From Azolla caroliniana (taxonomy: Eukaryota; Plantae; Polypodiophyta): a stretch of 64,000 nt of DNA. The stretch spans positions 31,248,001 to 31,312,000 of the forward strand of contig JBHGNT010000001.1 of NCBI GenBank assembly GCA_043228905.1. Direction: 5' to 3'. This document shows positions 1 through 14,601 of the stretch, one piece after another; positions within the stretch are counted from its first letter, which is position 1, and every line of letters starts with the position of its first letter. A program made the position numbers and the translations under genes. The notes beneath the pieces are model-generated. The model had not been told where the DNA came from, searched no databases, and worked only from the letters and a program-made list of their open reading frames with translations.

Positions 1-377
1 TGATGAAGTCCATGCAGCTAATGTCATAACTGCTGATAAATCTATCCTAATGGACCCTAATGACTGCATTTCTTCATTCCTCAGCTCCTTGTAATACATA
101 CTACCAATAACTAAAGCTGAATCAATGAGTCGGCACACGCCCAACCAAAAGTAAGTGGTATAAGAGAGATAGTTATGTTACTTGTGCACGTACAATGAAA
201 AGAGATTGGAGAGATTAGTGACTGAGAATTTCAATGTTTGAAGACATCTGTAACTCATGGAAGGAACCCTTGATAAAAGTTAAAACTATATTCAGCTTTT
301 GCAAGGAGATATGTGAATAACACCTGTCCTTTCAATTAAAGAAGATATCAAGAAATTCTGCCATTCATTTCCCTTAC

Positions 378-3300
378 CTCATCTGGTTCTTTCCTTAATT
401 TTGATTTGATGAATCGTAGCAAGTGTTTTTGATTCATGCATGCAGAATGGTGAACGTGTGTATCAACTTTACGGACATTGTAAAAGTCCCTATGGGGGGC
501 ACTCTTTTGAGCTAGAAACTCACGATCAGCATTCAGCATTAGATGTAGACTGAACTTCTGTTGTTTCAAGATAAAGAATAGGTATTAGGATGAGTTAGAC
601 TTCAATTTTGTATACAAAATATAGATCTTAATACCTGCTCCAACAAACGGAGGCGATGATGACAGAGAGTGCGAACATTTCCAAGTGCTACTATCTTCAA
701 TATCCGATGCATATCAGTAAAGAATTCTGTAGCACAAAGAACTGGGAAAAGTTCTTCTGTGGCTGAAACAAAATTATTGATCATGTTAGTGAACATCAGA
801 TATTAGATCCCACGAATAAGAAATTTACATAGATTCGAAGGAAGCAGATGATTGTAACTTTTGTACTCAGAAATTATTGACAATGAACCTTGCCAAACCA
901 AGTTTCTAATTACATTAAACCAAATACATAATTAAGCATCTTCATCGGACAGTACGCTCCTCCAATTACCTAGGCCACTTTCATAACCACAGTAGGATGC
1001 TTTTGCATAGGACAGACCACCAGGCAAACTCAACAGAAGCACAAGCCTCTCAGAAGGAGCTTCTTTTATAGACATCTGGACTCGGCAGATTAGTGTTCTT
1101 AGTGTGGGTTAAATCATGATCAGGAGGAGAATCATATGTATACAATCTATCTCAAAAGACTTCTATATCCCAGCATCTTTTCATGACTAGGCAGATGCAA
1201 CAAGACATTGTGTTACATGTCAACCATTGCAATCTCTTTACGAATTAGAAGGTTGCCTTCTATTTTTTAATGGATCCCATGCACAATGCTTCGATGGCCC
1301 TCAGTGCTTTTACTTTTCCTTCAAATTTGGATTCACGTACCTATGTAGAGAAGGCAATGTAGAAATCCTGGATGCAACATACAGGGATGTGATGAGTTTC
1401 TCTTTACATGTAATATAGGATCAGTTTGAAATTTTGTTGTGCCTTCTTGCCATTCATGTTTCACGCATGTAAGCCTTGATATTTTTATTTACTCTACAGA
1501 TCATTAGAAAAGCAGATTGACACTATCAGATGTGCAAGACGTGAGACGAGGTAACAATAATTTATATATTACACTTGAATTAATAGCATGATAACTCGTG
1601 CTCCAAGATTTGAAAAGAATTGTGTATTTTTTTCTAGTACAGTAAGTTACTGCTTCTAGACATTTTAATGTGCTTTCTTGCCATCTTACAAGACTATTTT
1701 TACATACAGATGTTTTCTAGGCTGAAGATAATTAAAAACGTATCTACAAATTCAGAAGCCCATATTTGTACCTTCTTCATCAGCAAACACATGAACAACT
1801 CCATCTACCATTCGAAATACATGCTGCAAAGGAAATCCTCAATAAGAGAACTATTCTTAGTACTTGACTACATAGCAGAAGATGAAAATACAGAGAAAGC
1901 AAAGTAATACCTTGGATGCTGGTTCTTGCTCATAGTGAAAAGGATCTGGGTTTGGCTTAGGAGTGCTTGGATCAGTAATTGTTTCTATATGCCAAGGTGC
2001 CACTTGCTCCCTGAATACGTATTTCTTACGAAGTTCCAGACAATCCTGCAGCATCATGCACACCTCCTCCTCTTCTTGTGATGGAGCCTCTGTAACCATT
2101 TTTTTAACATGAGAAGCTAAAAAGTATGAATTCAGGCTTTTTAAAAGGAGTAACCCTATACATCAAATTAAGTTCTTCAACTTTTAAGGTACATGTGAAC
2201 TCTCTTCCCCCATTTTACAACTTTTCAGCTGACTCCATCTGATCTTTACAATTAGGACAAACACAGAATAAAGCTGAATGAAGGAGAACAGCAAGCAAAT
2301 TAGCCAAAAGCTCAACGAAGTTCAGTCCAAAAGAAAACAATACAATATCATTTTGTGTAATTATTAGATGAAAGGGCAGAAATAAGATATCATAGAAACA
2401 CGAAAAATATGTAAACAAAAAATATAATGTCATAGACAGACTCATCATATGAAAACCAAGCACTTAAGATCAATACGATTCCCAGGTTTATATTTTTATC
2501 TGATAAACCAATCGAAAACCAGCACATATACAAACAAATCTGTACATTGATTCTTATTCTGAAAACAAATGGTGCACATCATATCTGCCACGCCTAACAC
2601 GGTAACAATATTATCTCATAAATATTATGAGCCAACTTAATTTCCTTGTAGACCAAACAAAAACCAGCAAATATACAAACAAGTCTGTACATTGACTCTA
2701 ATTCTGAAAACAAGTGGTGCACATCATATCTATCACGCCTAGCACAATAACAATATTATCTCATAAGTATTATGAGCCAACTATACCAAAAGAACACTTA
2801 AATGATTGTATTTTGCATATGTACCTCCAAAATTACCCCTCCAAACATGGCTATGCAAGAGCTAATATATGACAAGCAGACTCTCTTCTTATATCTATTT
2901 ATTGACTTTCTTTACTTTTCAAATTTGAGAGAAGGAACTTTGTAATAGATGTACAAAAAGTCCACCAGAATTGACCTTTTGCCTAATTTTGAAGGTTTTC
3001 CAAAAGCAATATACACAAATGCAACAACCAGGATTTCTCAAATGTGGCGACAGATCTGGAAGTGCCAGTACGAGCATCTGTAGAAGCATTCCATACACTC
3101 TTTCTCCTTGATATTTCAAATTTCATCTGTTCTATTTTGACCCTAGAGCTGTATACATGGATATATATTTATACAACCCCCCCATATATTCATAGTACAT
3201 ATATGATCGTTAATAGCTATATTCCTACACTGAAAGGTGTCTATATATCCTACATACTCAAATACAGATTTATGATATACACAAATATGTAAATAGATTC

Positions 3301-4363
3301 TATGCATAGTTACCAACACTCTGGGACACGAGGGAAACAAAAATAGAATTAAACATACCGATTGGTGTGATCTCTAACCGAACAAAGGTTTCTTGCTCTG
3401 GTTCTTTTCTAAGAATGTCGGCAGCCACGGGATCAGGCGCACCATGAAGCTCTCCAGGAATGCTGTGCGACCTTATCATCAGTTTATCTCCACCTCCATT
3501 TGCAAGTTCCTTAAGAGCAACTGAAGATAATGAACCTTTTACACCATCTTCCTGTTTCAGATATTTATTCCAATAACAATCACTTCCATTGACACCTTTC
3601 AACTATCTTAGTAGAAGTAAATGGTTCAATGAGTTTACATGTACGTCAATACCTTTCTTGGAACTGTTGCATCTATTCCATGCCCATTACCATTAACAAC
3701 ATCCTCGTACTCGTGCTCATCATTGTCACTCAGAGCCTCCTCACCTTCAGAACTTTCCCTGCTTTCAAATGTACTTCCAGCAGCTGGTGATTTTGGAGTT
3801 GTTGGCCTTAAAATAGAGTTTGTTAAAGGCGTTGATTTCCTTGTTGGACTCTTCAATTGACTATTAACACCTGAAATTTTATTGTTTCTGTAAGCTGAAC
3901 CTTCTTAGATCCAATTAAAGGTATGCCAACTAAATATATATATCCATCAAAGTTATTTGACCAAACCTTCCTTGTGTGTATGAACTCTCGGAAGTCCAGA
4001 TTGAATAGATTTTATGTCTGACTCCGATTTGGAAAAACCTCGTGACTTTGATCCATCATATGCATTACCTTGGTGTAAATTCTCTGCAACAGATGCAGAG
4101 CTATGATCCCTGCTGTAAGAGGAGCTTCTAACACGCCAGCCTTGAGATGGAGAAGGTGCACGACCACCAGTATTCTTTGTTGACCGACGACTTTTTTTTT
4201 CATCAGAGACATCATTTGTGGCAGGAAGAGTATAGGGACCATCCAGCAAGCGGTCAATAGCCCTCTTATGAAGCCAAAATGCAGACACAGCAACAACACT
4301 TGCACTTATAAAAGCTGTTGCAGCTAATGCAGCCCATTGTGATATTTTCTTTGATGTTTCCAT
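378..4363 (-). CDS. AMPD: AMP deaminase (FAC1-like), 5' part; the gene continues beyond the left edge of the window
   Basis: Coding exons joined at GT-AG sites: 4363-3967, 3870-3653, 3551-3359, 2089-1911, 1823-1772, 762-635, 557-378. Diagnostic motifs [35 protein letters not shown] and [18 protein letters not shown] are present, plus an N-terminal hydrophobic anchor ([23 protein letters not shown]). ATG at 4363 lies just after an acceptor at 4376. Confidence 0.95.
2515..2783. repeat. Intronic tandem duplication, period ~145 bp
   Basis: AAAACCAGCA..TCTGTACATTGA..GGTGCACATCATATCT..ATTATGAGCCAACT occurs at ~2515 and again at ~2660. Confidence 0.85.
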
Positions 4364-4899
4364 ATTGTTGGTCACCTGAATCCTCTACGTAGTTGATGAC
4401 CTTGAAACTTGGGCAAAGGCAGTCTGGCCTCATACAATAAAGCCACTTTAAGTTTAAGTATCAATATCATATAAGAACAATTAAAAACTTTAAACCCTAT
4501 TTTCTGTTTTGATCGCCTGAATCCATTTTTGGATACCTCACAAAATTCTCTGGCATGCGCCTAATACATAGACACATACAACTATTTTAATTATAGAATT
4601 TGGATATTCACACTTTTTTATTTGATAGTCAATGAAGTACAAAGCCAGCATGATGTATAGTGATCATCAAGGAATTTTATGCAGCCTGAAGTAGAGTGCA
4701 ATAGAGATTTTGTGCCATATGTCTGCCCTGGCCTCCGAGGATGTTAACTTTCGTTGTTGCTTTTCTTGTCTTCCCTTCACTTCTTTCCAAGTAATTTGGC
4801 ATACATATCCTATCAAACGATCGATGGTCACATACAATTACACAACCAGCAATATCAACTGCTCAAAAGTGAAAACGACAATCATTGATAGATGTGACA

Positions 4900-6080
4900 A
4901 ACTTTGCCTAATGGAAACACAATATGCCAACGCAACATTCAGGAACAAAATGAAATAAGAAAGACAAAAGCAAACTAAAACATTTATTGCTGCTTTGTGG
5001 ATTTCTGAAAAGCCTTTGACATTATACCACCTGCTTGACTCATGCAGTGGCTAGAAGCCCTTGGTGTTCCCATAGATATGCAATGGGGAATCGATGCACT
5101 TTATAAATCCCTGTCAGGAAAAGTGCAATCTCTCAATGGATTGTCAGAGGCTGTGGCTAGCGCAATTAGAATAAAAGAAGGATGCCCACTACCACCCACT
5201 CTCTTTGGTATCTATATAGATGAGGTATCGCATTACATAGAGAGATTTGGCAGTTCGGGAGCACGATTAGCGGGCAATAGGCATACAGATATTACTATAA
5301 GTTGATGAGATTGTGCTGATGATTGCCCGGATGGTAAGGAACAAAGCATTTGTGCCCCATGATATAATTCATGGCAGAGATGGAAGCAGCCCCAATAATC
5401 ACCAAGACATTATTCCAATCGGTGACCAATATCCAACGGATTTGGAAGCTCCCTAACAAAGATAGTCAAGTTGGCACTTACATAATTAAAACAACTCCCA
5501 AAACACAGAGATAACCATTGTTGGTATGCTGAAAAACAACAATGGTTTGCGTCACATGGCATAAGCAAAAATGCAGTACCCCCATTCTAATATAGCTCAG
5601 ATTTTCACCATCTGATCATCACCAAAGTGGAAAAGAATATAGTGATCCCAACCAATACTATCAAATTGGATGACGGAAGGACATGGATCAGTGCCACAAC
5701 ATTTCTTGGTAGAAAGATGTCCTAGTATGAGGCACACTTTTTCCACATCATAGGATGGATTTAATGAGGCCCTCCTATGTGGATATACATCTATCACATG
5801 CACTCCACAATGTGATAGGGTAGTTGCAGAACTTTTCATATTAGTTAGAGATTGATCTGTACACACGCCTCTAGGAGAAAGAATCTGCCAATTGTGTCAT
5901 CAGGGAGTGCAATTTGAAGAAGGCTATGTTTACCACTGTACTATTTTTTATGAAATAATAGATAGATACCAGTGCCTCTTTAATCAACATTTTGGCCCCA
6001 CGATACGATCTAATGGAATATTTGACCGACAACGCTTGGGAGTATTCTTGCTAGAACTCAAGAGACGCAAGTAAAAGTTG
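4900..6080 (+). mobile_element. Decayed non-LTR retrotransposon (LINE, RTEX/L2-like), RT and C-terminal zinc-finger fragments
   Basis: Broken frames give CCFVDF*KAFD, IKEGCPLPPTLFGIYIDE (RT motif GVKQGCPLSPTLF) and a C-terminal ERICQLC...HC. Stops and frameshifts are present. Confidence 0.8.
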
Positions 6081-6329
6081 TTCAAGAACACTAATAACAC
6101 AACCAGGAGACATGTGAATGGAAGTAAACTCGTCGGCTGAAATCGTGATAAATGTGGAACAATTATACATGAAAGAGGAAACACCCATGACTGACAGGGT
6201 TCCCTTAATTCACATGGAAGCTTTGAAGCACAAGTAACAAAATGCATGAAAAAAAAATTGAAATGGCAAGACTGCATATATACTTTACTGATAGTCAGAA
6301 ATGCTCAAATAGACTGGCCCAATGACTAA

Positions 6330-7260
6330 AGAGCAGGCACATGCATTACTAAGTCAGACCATAATACAAGGTTTTCTTCAAGATTGGCAAGATAAGTGGA
6401 TGAAATCATTATGCAAAGGAGGAGTAGAAATCAGCTCACCAATCACATGGTTATGGTCCAGTTATACAAGAAAATAAGATGCCAGTTGAAGACAGATAAA
6501 GGTTTTCTTTAGAGATTTCATGAAAACTATGGAGCCAAGCAAGAATGTCCGCTGTCATCCACTCTATTCGTTATATGCATTGACCAACTGGAAGCGTTAA
6601 TTCAAGAAAGGATAATAGAACATGAGGCAAAAATAGTCATTGGGCATTTCAAAGTACTGCTTCTTATTTATGTAGACTGTTGTATGAGACTGCAAAAGCT
6701 TTTAGATCATAGCATTCGTAGGAGTCAACATGGCTAAGACCAAAGACACGGTGGTAAGCATTGTTAAATCTGAAAACCAGCAGCCAGCAGTGGAACAGTT
6801 CATAATTTCAAATACCTTAAGAGTTCACATACCCTAGCCAACATACTGGGAGCAAGTGTCGAACTAGGAGAACGGAGGCTTGGATAGCTCAATACTATAT
6901 GTTTGAGAAATGTTTGCCACTTGATCACAGTCTAAAGTTGGGAGATTACAGAACTATTAATCAATCCATGCGCAGTGCAACATCTGCTTTATGGAATTGG
7001 CATTTGGGGAGGCAGTATTTCAACAAGCTCAAGGAGGAATAGAGAAAATAAATAAAAAATCTACTATATCATTTCAGGGCTAAGGGCACAACCCTATACT
7101 CCATAATGCTCCTAGAAACTAAGTGACATGCCCATCAAAGAGTTTACAAGTAGATATTGAAAATTAAGGACAATGCCTTGAACTCGTCTCCCAAGACTGC
7201 ATGCAAATTTGGATGCTTACCACAGAAAACCCATAAAGCAATTTCTTTGGTTCAGCTGGA
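6330..7260 (+). mobile_element. Second decayed LINE reverse transcriptase fragment
   Basis: GAKQECPLSSTLFVICIDQLE...LLLIYVD at ~6530-6680, followed by a YGIGIWG-like segment. Heavily interrupted. Confidence 0.7.
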
Positions 7261-7991
7261 ATCAAGAACTCCGGAAATGATTTGCAAGAAGGCACAAGAA
7301 GACATATTGAAGCATATTTGGATGTGAATGTGAAGAAAAAGAAAGGGACAGGAGAACATGAGTTCGTCTTTTATTCAGCCGCACTGGAAGTCAAGTTATA
7401 TCTAAGCTTGAGTACTATTGCGGCCATGTTAACGCTTGGTATTGAGAAAATTACCAAAGAAAAGTAGTCAAGGCCCACAATGACATCCAGATACCATGCC
7501 CAATTGAGCAAGATGTGGTGTCATACTGATGCATGCATGCTCGCACGCATTTAAAATAGAAACTGGGGGTTGGCTGAAAATTGAGCAGAAAAGGACAATA
7601 AGTGACCTATCAAAAAACAAAAGAACTTGTCATTTCAAAATGGTTTACATGTGATGACATCCAGCATGGACTCCACAAATTACTACCATGTTGTGCTGGT
7701 CCACGTGACCACAGAACCAAACTCGTGGAAAATCTTAACACTAAAATTCAAAGACAGGTGCGATTTTCACGTAAATCTTTCGTTTTTCTCTTTGTATTAT
7801 CCGCTTTAAATTATCCCACCTATAATAGCTGCTGGGGATAGATCTTTGTAGACATTGATGGGTTCAAAAGGACTAGTGGACATTAATATATCATCCTGAT
7901 CATCATCTCTCTCCCTCCCTCTCTCTCTCTCTCTCTAGCAGTCTCTAATGTCTAATGTCACTCATACGAAATTGGGGAGTAAATAAGTTAC

Positions 7992-8200
7992 CTTCTTCAG
8001 CTGGCTTTGACTTGTGGTGCCGTCCTCTGTTCTTCAAGCGTGGAAGAGAGTGTATACATACAAAAGTCAACTAACGGGGGGCAACCCAAAATCAATGAGC
8101 ATTCAGCCCTAAATCCAAAGCATCTTCCTTCGATGCCCAAACAACAAAAAAGACAGCGAGAGGGATGAAGAGGATCGTAGAGAGAGAGTTGGGGGGGGGG
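7992..8200 (-). other. Putative 5' UTR exon of the AMP deaminase gene (leader intron ~4376-7991)
   Basis: Strong donor GAAG|GTAACT at 7991 on the minus strand and a CT-rich leader. It is the most plausible partner for the acceptor at 4376. The TSS is not determinable. Confidence 0.5.
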
Positions 8201-10355
8201 GGGGCACGCCCAATCCAATAATAAGAAAGCAGGTCACGTAATGTTATGTATATTCGATGGTATCATTTTAGAGGCTCCATAATTTTGTCGTGGTGCAAAG
8301 TTCAAAGAAACAACTCTTGGGAGAAAGTGGAGTAGAGCTCATTTTAAATGCATACTTTGTGCTCTTGCCCTAATGGAGAAGCTCCATGGGACCCCATTCA
8401 TCGCCTACCATCCTATATCTTATCTACTTTTTTCCTCCGCTCACGTGCCCGCTGCAAGACCAATGTATTGTAGACTGTATGTAGTGTTGGTTGGTATGTC
8501 AAGATTCTTCTTCATGACTCGATTTCCTTTGCCCATCAAAAGGAGACCTTGCATTCAAATGTCCTCTTGTGGATATATAGATAGATAGATAGATGTATAT
8601 CTGCACACTCTCTTGTCTTGCCTCCTTTTGTATACCATGGTTTCACTCTTGAAGTAAGGTTAAACCTTTTTGTCAATGGTTGGTTGTATCTTTCTAGCTC
8701 CCTTGTTTCTTCTTGATACTTCCTTAACCAATGTCGACAAAGTCGGATTTTAAGAGTACCTTTCATGTTGGGTGGAGGTGACATATGGGAGATGTCCTTG
8801 CTTGGTTTGGAAGTAGTATTGTGTTTGCTCTCTGGTAAGAGACCCTACTCAGACAGAAGTTAATTTGATTAACAATAACTAATCACGGAGTCCACATTCT
8901 CAAAATCGTTGACATGATGTAGCTCCTCGCACGTGTAATTGTTGAATCCTTTTGAATATTAGAAATGAGTTATCGTCAACTTCTTCTAACTCATTGGTAT
9001 TGTTTGTACCTATGAAATCTATTCGTCAATTGATATACATTATCTTTATATAGTTGCAACATTGTTCGTGTGTGTGTGACGATAACAAATTGACAATGAA
9101 GGTTTGTCACACCATATGCCATTTCCATGTTCTACTAGTAAGAAGTTCACGACTGCTTGAGCAAAAATCTTTTGTCACAATTTTTACATCTTGTGATGTT
9201 AAGTTCACTAATCCATTTTTAGGTACCCTTATGATCTCCCATGTTGTTGATTTACTTGGACATCAACATGCACTCGTCTTGTATGATATTATGCGGAGGA
9301 TGTTCATTCTCTTTGATTTTCTCTATTGTTGTCATGTATTTGATGTGATTCAATCTTTGAATGTTTTGGAGTTGCAAAAATTGTTAAATCAGCCTAAATA
9401 CATAAATTACTAATCGTCGCAAACTTTTCATGAAGACAATTATTATGATAATTTTAATCCTAACCCCCTACAATGGTGTGATTAATATCCCTTACTTTTT
9501 TTTATGTTTATGAGATGGAAAGATCGTCATGTTAGTATGCCATCGTATATGATTTCACCCATCATGAAAATTCGTTTGCACTAGGAATGATACCCTGAGC
9601 GTTGACAATATGACGCATATGCTAAGGAATATTGCGAATACAAAAAGATAGCATGAATGCTACACAATATTTATGTCTACATCAAAGGTATACATGAAGT
9701 GCTGACAAAAGTAAAAGTGAAGTCATATGATTGGAATTATTATCATGTTGATAAAGCTACTTCTTTTTTTCTTTTTTTTCAAAAAAAAAGATAGTACATT
9801 AGTATTAGAACCCGCCATAAGGTTAAACATGCAAAATATCCACAGGTCCTCTATATTTTTCTAATTTCTAACTGGGGTTTTTGGGCAATGACGTTAATCG
9901 GAGACATGACTGATGTGGGTTAAATGAAGCATGGTTGTGATGAGATTATGGTCTAATCAATGTATGGCTGTTCTGAGTTTCAGCTTGAAGAAGACTACGG
10001 CCAAGAAGTAGCAGATTACCTCAATGGCTTGATTGGAGAGAGCAGTTTTGTATTACCTAAGTGGTACAAAAGGACATTCACAAAGGAAAATTAAAGGCCA
10101 AGGAACGGGAACAGCTATTGGACAACCAGGAATTTGTTTATAGGTTGAATAGGGGTATACTAAAGAGCTTCAGTATATGTGGAATCACATTCAGCCAATG
10201 TTGGCTGCAACATGATGTTTTTTAGAGGCCATAACAAATGCCATCTTTATTTGGTCCCTTTTTTTACGATATATACTTATGGAGTGGAAACTATTATGTA
10301 CAATTTGTAGATTGCCTTTGGCATTGTTAATTTTAATACCAATGGAGCATATTTT

Positions 10356-11730
10356 TTATGGAAAAAAAAAAAAATACTTTAGTGTTGAGTAAAACCCCTC
10401 CACCTTATAAAAAAACCGTCTATAAAATATACCTATGTCCCAAATGGCATGAAACTCCAAATGCTTAAGCTCCGCTTGGTGCATATTACCTTTTATACTA
10501 TCCAACAACCCTCTGAGATTATGCACAATCTCTATCCAAATTCCCGAAATTATTTGGGCAGGTCTTTCAATCACATTTTGAAATCCCTTCAAATATCGAG
10601 TCTTCCAAATCACAACAACATCTGCAATCTCCTCCTGTTCATATACCATAGGTTTATCATGTACCACCGCCCATAATATTGCACCCCATGTATACACTGC
10701 TCTAGGATATACTGGAGTTAATAATTTTATGATTCGTTTCCATATGTCCATAGCAAAACCACAATTCCACAAACAATGTTTAGGGGTCTCTATTAAATCC
10801 ATACAAAAAGGGCACATCTTGTCTACATTTCCTTTTTGCCACCCATTAACTGGTATAGCTTTATGAACCAACAACCATAAAAAACAAACAAATTTTCTAC
10901 TCATCTTTATACCCCATAGCCATTTCCAAAATTGTTTGAGATGTTGTGGAGAAAGTCCATTTCGTCTCTAAACAACATTTGCAGTTGGGTCTTTCCATGA
11001 TCTAGCACCTAACATTTTCCTACCAATCTTCACAAATATATTGAAAGAAAGGCACGTATTTGATGTGATCTTGCATCCACACCTTCCAATATAATTCTCC
11101 AGGATCCCAAGTTAATCTAGATATTGGTCTTCTTTCCATAATCCAAATCCTCCCAAAATAATCACCTTTTGAGGATCCGAGTCTACGACCCAAATTTATC
11201 CATCATTTGCAATCACCCTTGCTTCTTTATGCAAACAAAACCCAAACAAATCATTTTCCTTAGGTGTAAAGATTAACCTACCATCATATTGTACATCAAA
11301 ATTCATACACTCTTGGTCCCCAATATAGGCTTTAACTCGAATTAAAACATCAAATGGAGTAAATAAACCCATCCACTTATGTGTAGCATATCCAATTTGC
11401 ATCTGAATGTTAGAAAGGGCATTTTGTATTGCAGAATACATTATCTTCCCACCCATTGTATTACTAATCAATATCATTTGTTGATCTATAGGTTTAGACA
11501 GAAATGTTGTCCATGCACCTATAGACTATGTTGGCCCACGATCTAATTTTGACCATGCACATCTAGTACGCCTTCCCAACATTTGTCCTCTCTGGTCAGT
11601 CAACCATGTTGATAATGCTACTTGAGTGGGATTGGGAAATTTAAAGGCAATTTCCCTTGTTTTCAAAGTGATGTATACATGATTAGTGAAATTGAAGTTC
11701 CCAAAAATGAGAATTGCAATATTAAACACA
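10356..11730 (-). mobile_element. L1-like LINE 3' remnant with zf-RVT domain
   Basis: ORF 10904-10356 reads FLWLLVHKAIPVN..CPFC..ETPKHCLWNC..IW, matching the zf-RVT pattern. Upstream frames are fragmented and the boundaries are approximate. Confidence 0.75.
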
Positions 11731-13789
11731 TAGCTAAGAAAATTAATGATTATGATTTTGAAAACAACTCATGATATTGCAATTTGCAATACGAGAGAAC
11801 CACTTTGTTAGTAATTTTGCTTTTAGTAAGAATATTAAAGTATCATTTTGGGAGTGAAAATTGGAGTTAGATCAATGAAGATGATCAAACCCGTTATGTG
11901 AATGAAAAATCATGAAATAATTGAGCATTGTGTTGGTTGGTTATATTCTCTAAAATTCTTATGTTGCTCGTTAATTTTCTTAATTATCATATACTCCTAA
12001 TCTTAGGAGGCCCAACATCTTTGAAAATGAGCAAGCACACTTTCTTGTATGCATACAGACATACATATACATATACATATATGTGTGTGCCATGATTTCA
12101 TCTTAAAATTAAAGTTTTGAATTTGTTTATGAAAGACTTCACACAGACTATGTGCATGATACGTTTTGCATCAATGAACAATGAAAACAAACAAATGTAG
12201 CATATAATCCAAGCGTTTTTTCTTGTCATTTGTGGGGTTGAAACTTTATAGAAACGTTGCCATCCAATACATATCAACAGGCTCACTATTAAACTAAATA
12301 TCTCATTTCACGTAATAAGAAATGTAGGGTTTTGGAGTTCCAACGAAGCTTCATTTATAAGCCCCGTTGTAGTTTCGAAGAATAGTTGCATTAGCATTGA
12401 AGGTTATTGATCGCTTTCTCATCCTTCGTAATCACATCTATGTTTCAGGCATTAGTAGCATATTAACAACAATTTGGTTGGAAGCAAATCGAACTTGTGA
12501 GACCGTAACCGAACGGTTTAAAGGGTTAAGTTCGGTTTGGTTCAAGTTCAAGCCGTGCGGTGTAAACGGTTCGGTTTGAGCCATTGCTCACAGATCGAAG
12601 GTCAGCCAGGACGATTGGCAAGACGGTAGGGCAGGAATTTGACAAGTGTCATGCCCGTCTAAGGCCATTTTGCCCGTAAAAAACATACACCGAATAAAAA
12701 TGTCCATTAAGTGGCATCTAAACTTACAATTTTCATTTTTCATGCGAAAGGCGCCCAAAAATTATATATGTCAAATGACATGCTAAAAATTTAATTTCCA
12801 TGTCATATATATATATCTCTGTGTGTGTGTGTAGTGTTGGGCAAAGGTTGAATTGGGAGTCGGGACCTTTGCCGGACGGTGACAACCATTATGGATAGCC
12901 GGAATCGATTCTGGCAAGATTTTTGACCAATTGGAATCTAGCCGGATGAGCCAGCTATTTCTATAGTATAGGAAAATATTTATATTGTATATTTTTTCCA
13001 ATGTTTCATTCCCAAATTTCCCCCTCTTTCTATTTCCCACATGTTTTCTCTTTTCTTGCTTCCTTCTTCACGCGTTGCTCATTGCTTTCCTTCATCGCTA
13101 CTCCCTAATCCTTGGTTGTTACCCATTTCTCCCGGCTCGCTCACTACTCGTTGCTCCTTGTCACTTCTCGGTGATTGCACGACATCTGTTGTTTGCCACT
13201 ACACCACTCTGAAGTATGTATTTTGTCTTTTTTTTTCTCTTTCTCTCTATTTTCTCTGTTTTTCTCTTTTATTGAATCTTTTTTCTTTGAAGATTGCTCA
13301 TGAGAAACGTGTATGACAAAGTGGAATGCATTTTCTTTTATTCCCACAAAAATCTACAATAGGATAAGGATTAAGCAATTAGAGTGATTAGTTACATATG
13401 TTTGTCCAATATGGACTTATTGAAAGCCATAGAAAGCATGGAGGAGGTGAGATAGGTCTGATTGTTGATTGGTTGAACCCATAGATATCAAGGAGCATGG
13501 TTGTGATGAGGTTATTGTGTTTGGTTGTTGATTGGATGAACTATTAATATGCACAAGTGATGCTAGAGGAAATTTAGGATACTCTTAGGAAGATTTTTAA
13601 AAATTTAAAATTTTCATGCACTTTCTAAATTGGAGGTTAATTTGGTCTATTGAATCTTAATATTGGGGATATTTTGATTCTTAAAATTAGTGATCAGATT
13701 TTTTGTATTTACTATATTGTATGCTATAAGTCATCGAGTACAATAAGCATATCTTATTGTCACACATCACACATCATACAAGTACATAT

Positions 13790-14601
13790 TGTAAAGCTTT
13801 GACGCTATCAAATCTTTCGCCTCTCGGCCACAACCGAGACAACACGGATCAATGCAGCAGAAAAATGAAAACAGAGACACAGAGAGATGAATACACAGGG
13901 TATAACGTGGAAAACCCTAAACGGGAAAAACCACGGGAGTGCACGACTCCAACTACCACTATACACTGGAATATACAATGGCGAGCTGCAAGGCGACGAC
14001 CTTGAGCTCGCTGTCCTCGCCACAGGCGGCGGTATTACACAGAGGCGTCGACCTCTTCGTTTCTCTCTCTCTCTCTCTCGGCTGCTCTCACTTCGCTCCC
14101 TCTAAGTGGAAAAACAGACAATGAGCAACAACCACATAAAACTGTTTGCCCTAAGTCATATTTATACACATATGACTTTCGGGCTATTTACAAATATAGC
14201 CTCAAGGGCTCTTGGCAAACATATTCACAAATATGTCTCCGCATCCGGATCTCTCTCCGGGTACATTCATCATCCGGTTCCGTAACCGGGGTCTTCATCA
14301 TCCGGCTCCGTAACCGGGGTCTTCATCATCCGGCTCCGTAACCGGGGTCTTCATCATCCGGCTCCGTAACCGGGGTCTTCATCATCCGGTTCCGTAACCG
14401 GGGTCTTCATCATCCGGCTCCGTAACCGGGGTCTTCATCATCCGGTTCCGTAACCGGGGTCTTCATCATCCGGCTCCGTAACCGGGGTCTTCATCATCCG
14501 GCTCCGTAACCGGGGTCTTCATCATCCGGTTCCGTAACCGCAACCGGGCTTGCCGTCATTCATCTCCGGACATCCCATCCGGAGGGACCGTAATCCCAAC
14601 A
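13790..14601 (-). repeat. 3' LTR (812 bp) with 10 copies of a 28-bp unit (14267-14540)
   Basis: Starts TGTAAAG and ends CCCAACA on the plus strand. Unit is TCATCATCCGG(C/T)TCCGTAACCGGGGTCT, last copy partial. Confidence 0.97.

Noticed and set aside
8400-9700. Coding-like decayed sequence upstream of AMPD
   Set aside because: No diagnostic motif or termini. It is probably an old TE but cannot be classified.
12490-12585. AACCG/CGGTT-rich patch sharing CCGTAACCG with the LTR repeat
   Set aside because: The match is only 9 bp. It is more likely a hAT-MITE subterminal relic, and no TIR or TSD could be defined.
14267-14540. 28-bp palindromic repeat arrays as CRISPR
   Set aside because: The units are contiguous with no spacers, there are no cas genes, and both arrays lie inside LTRs.
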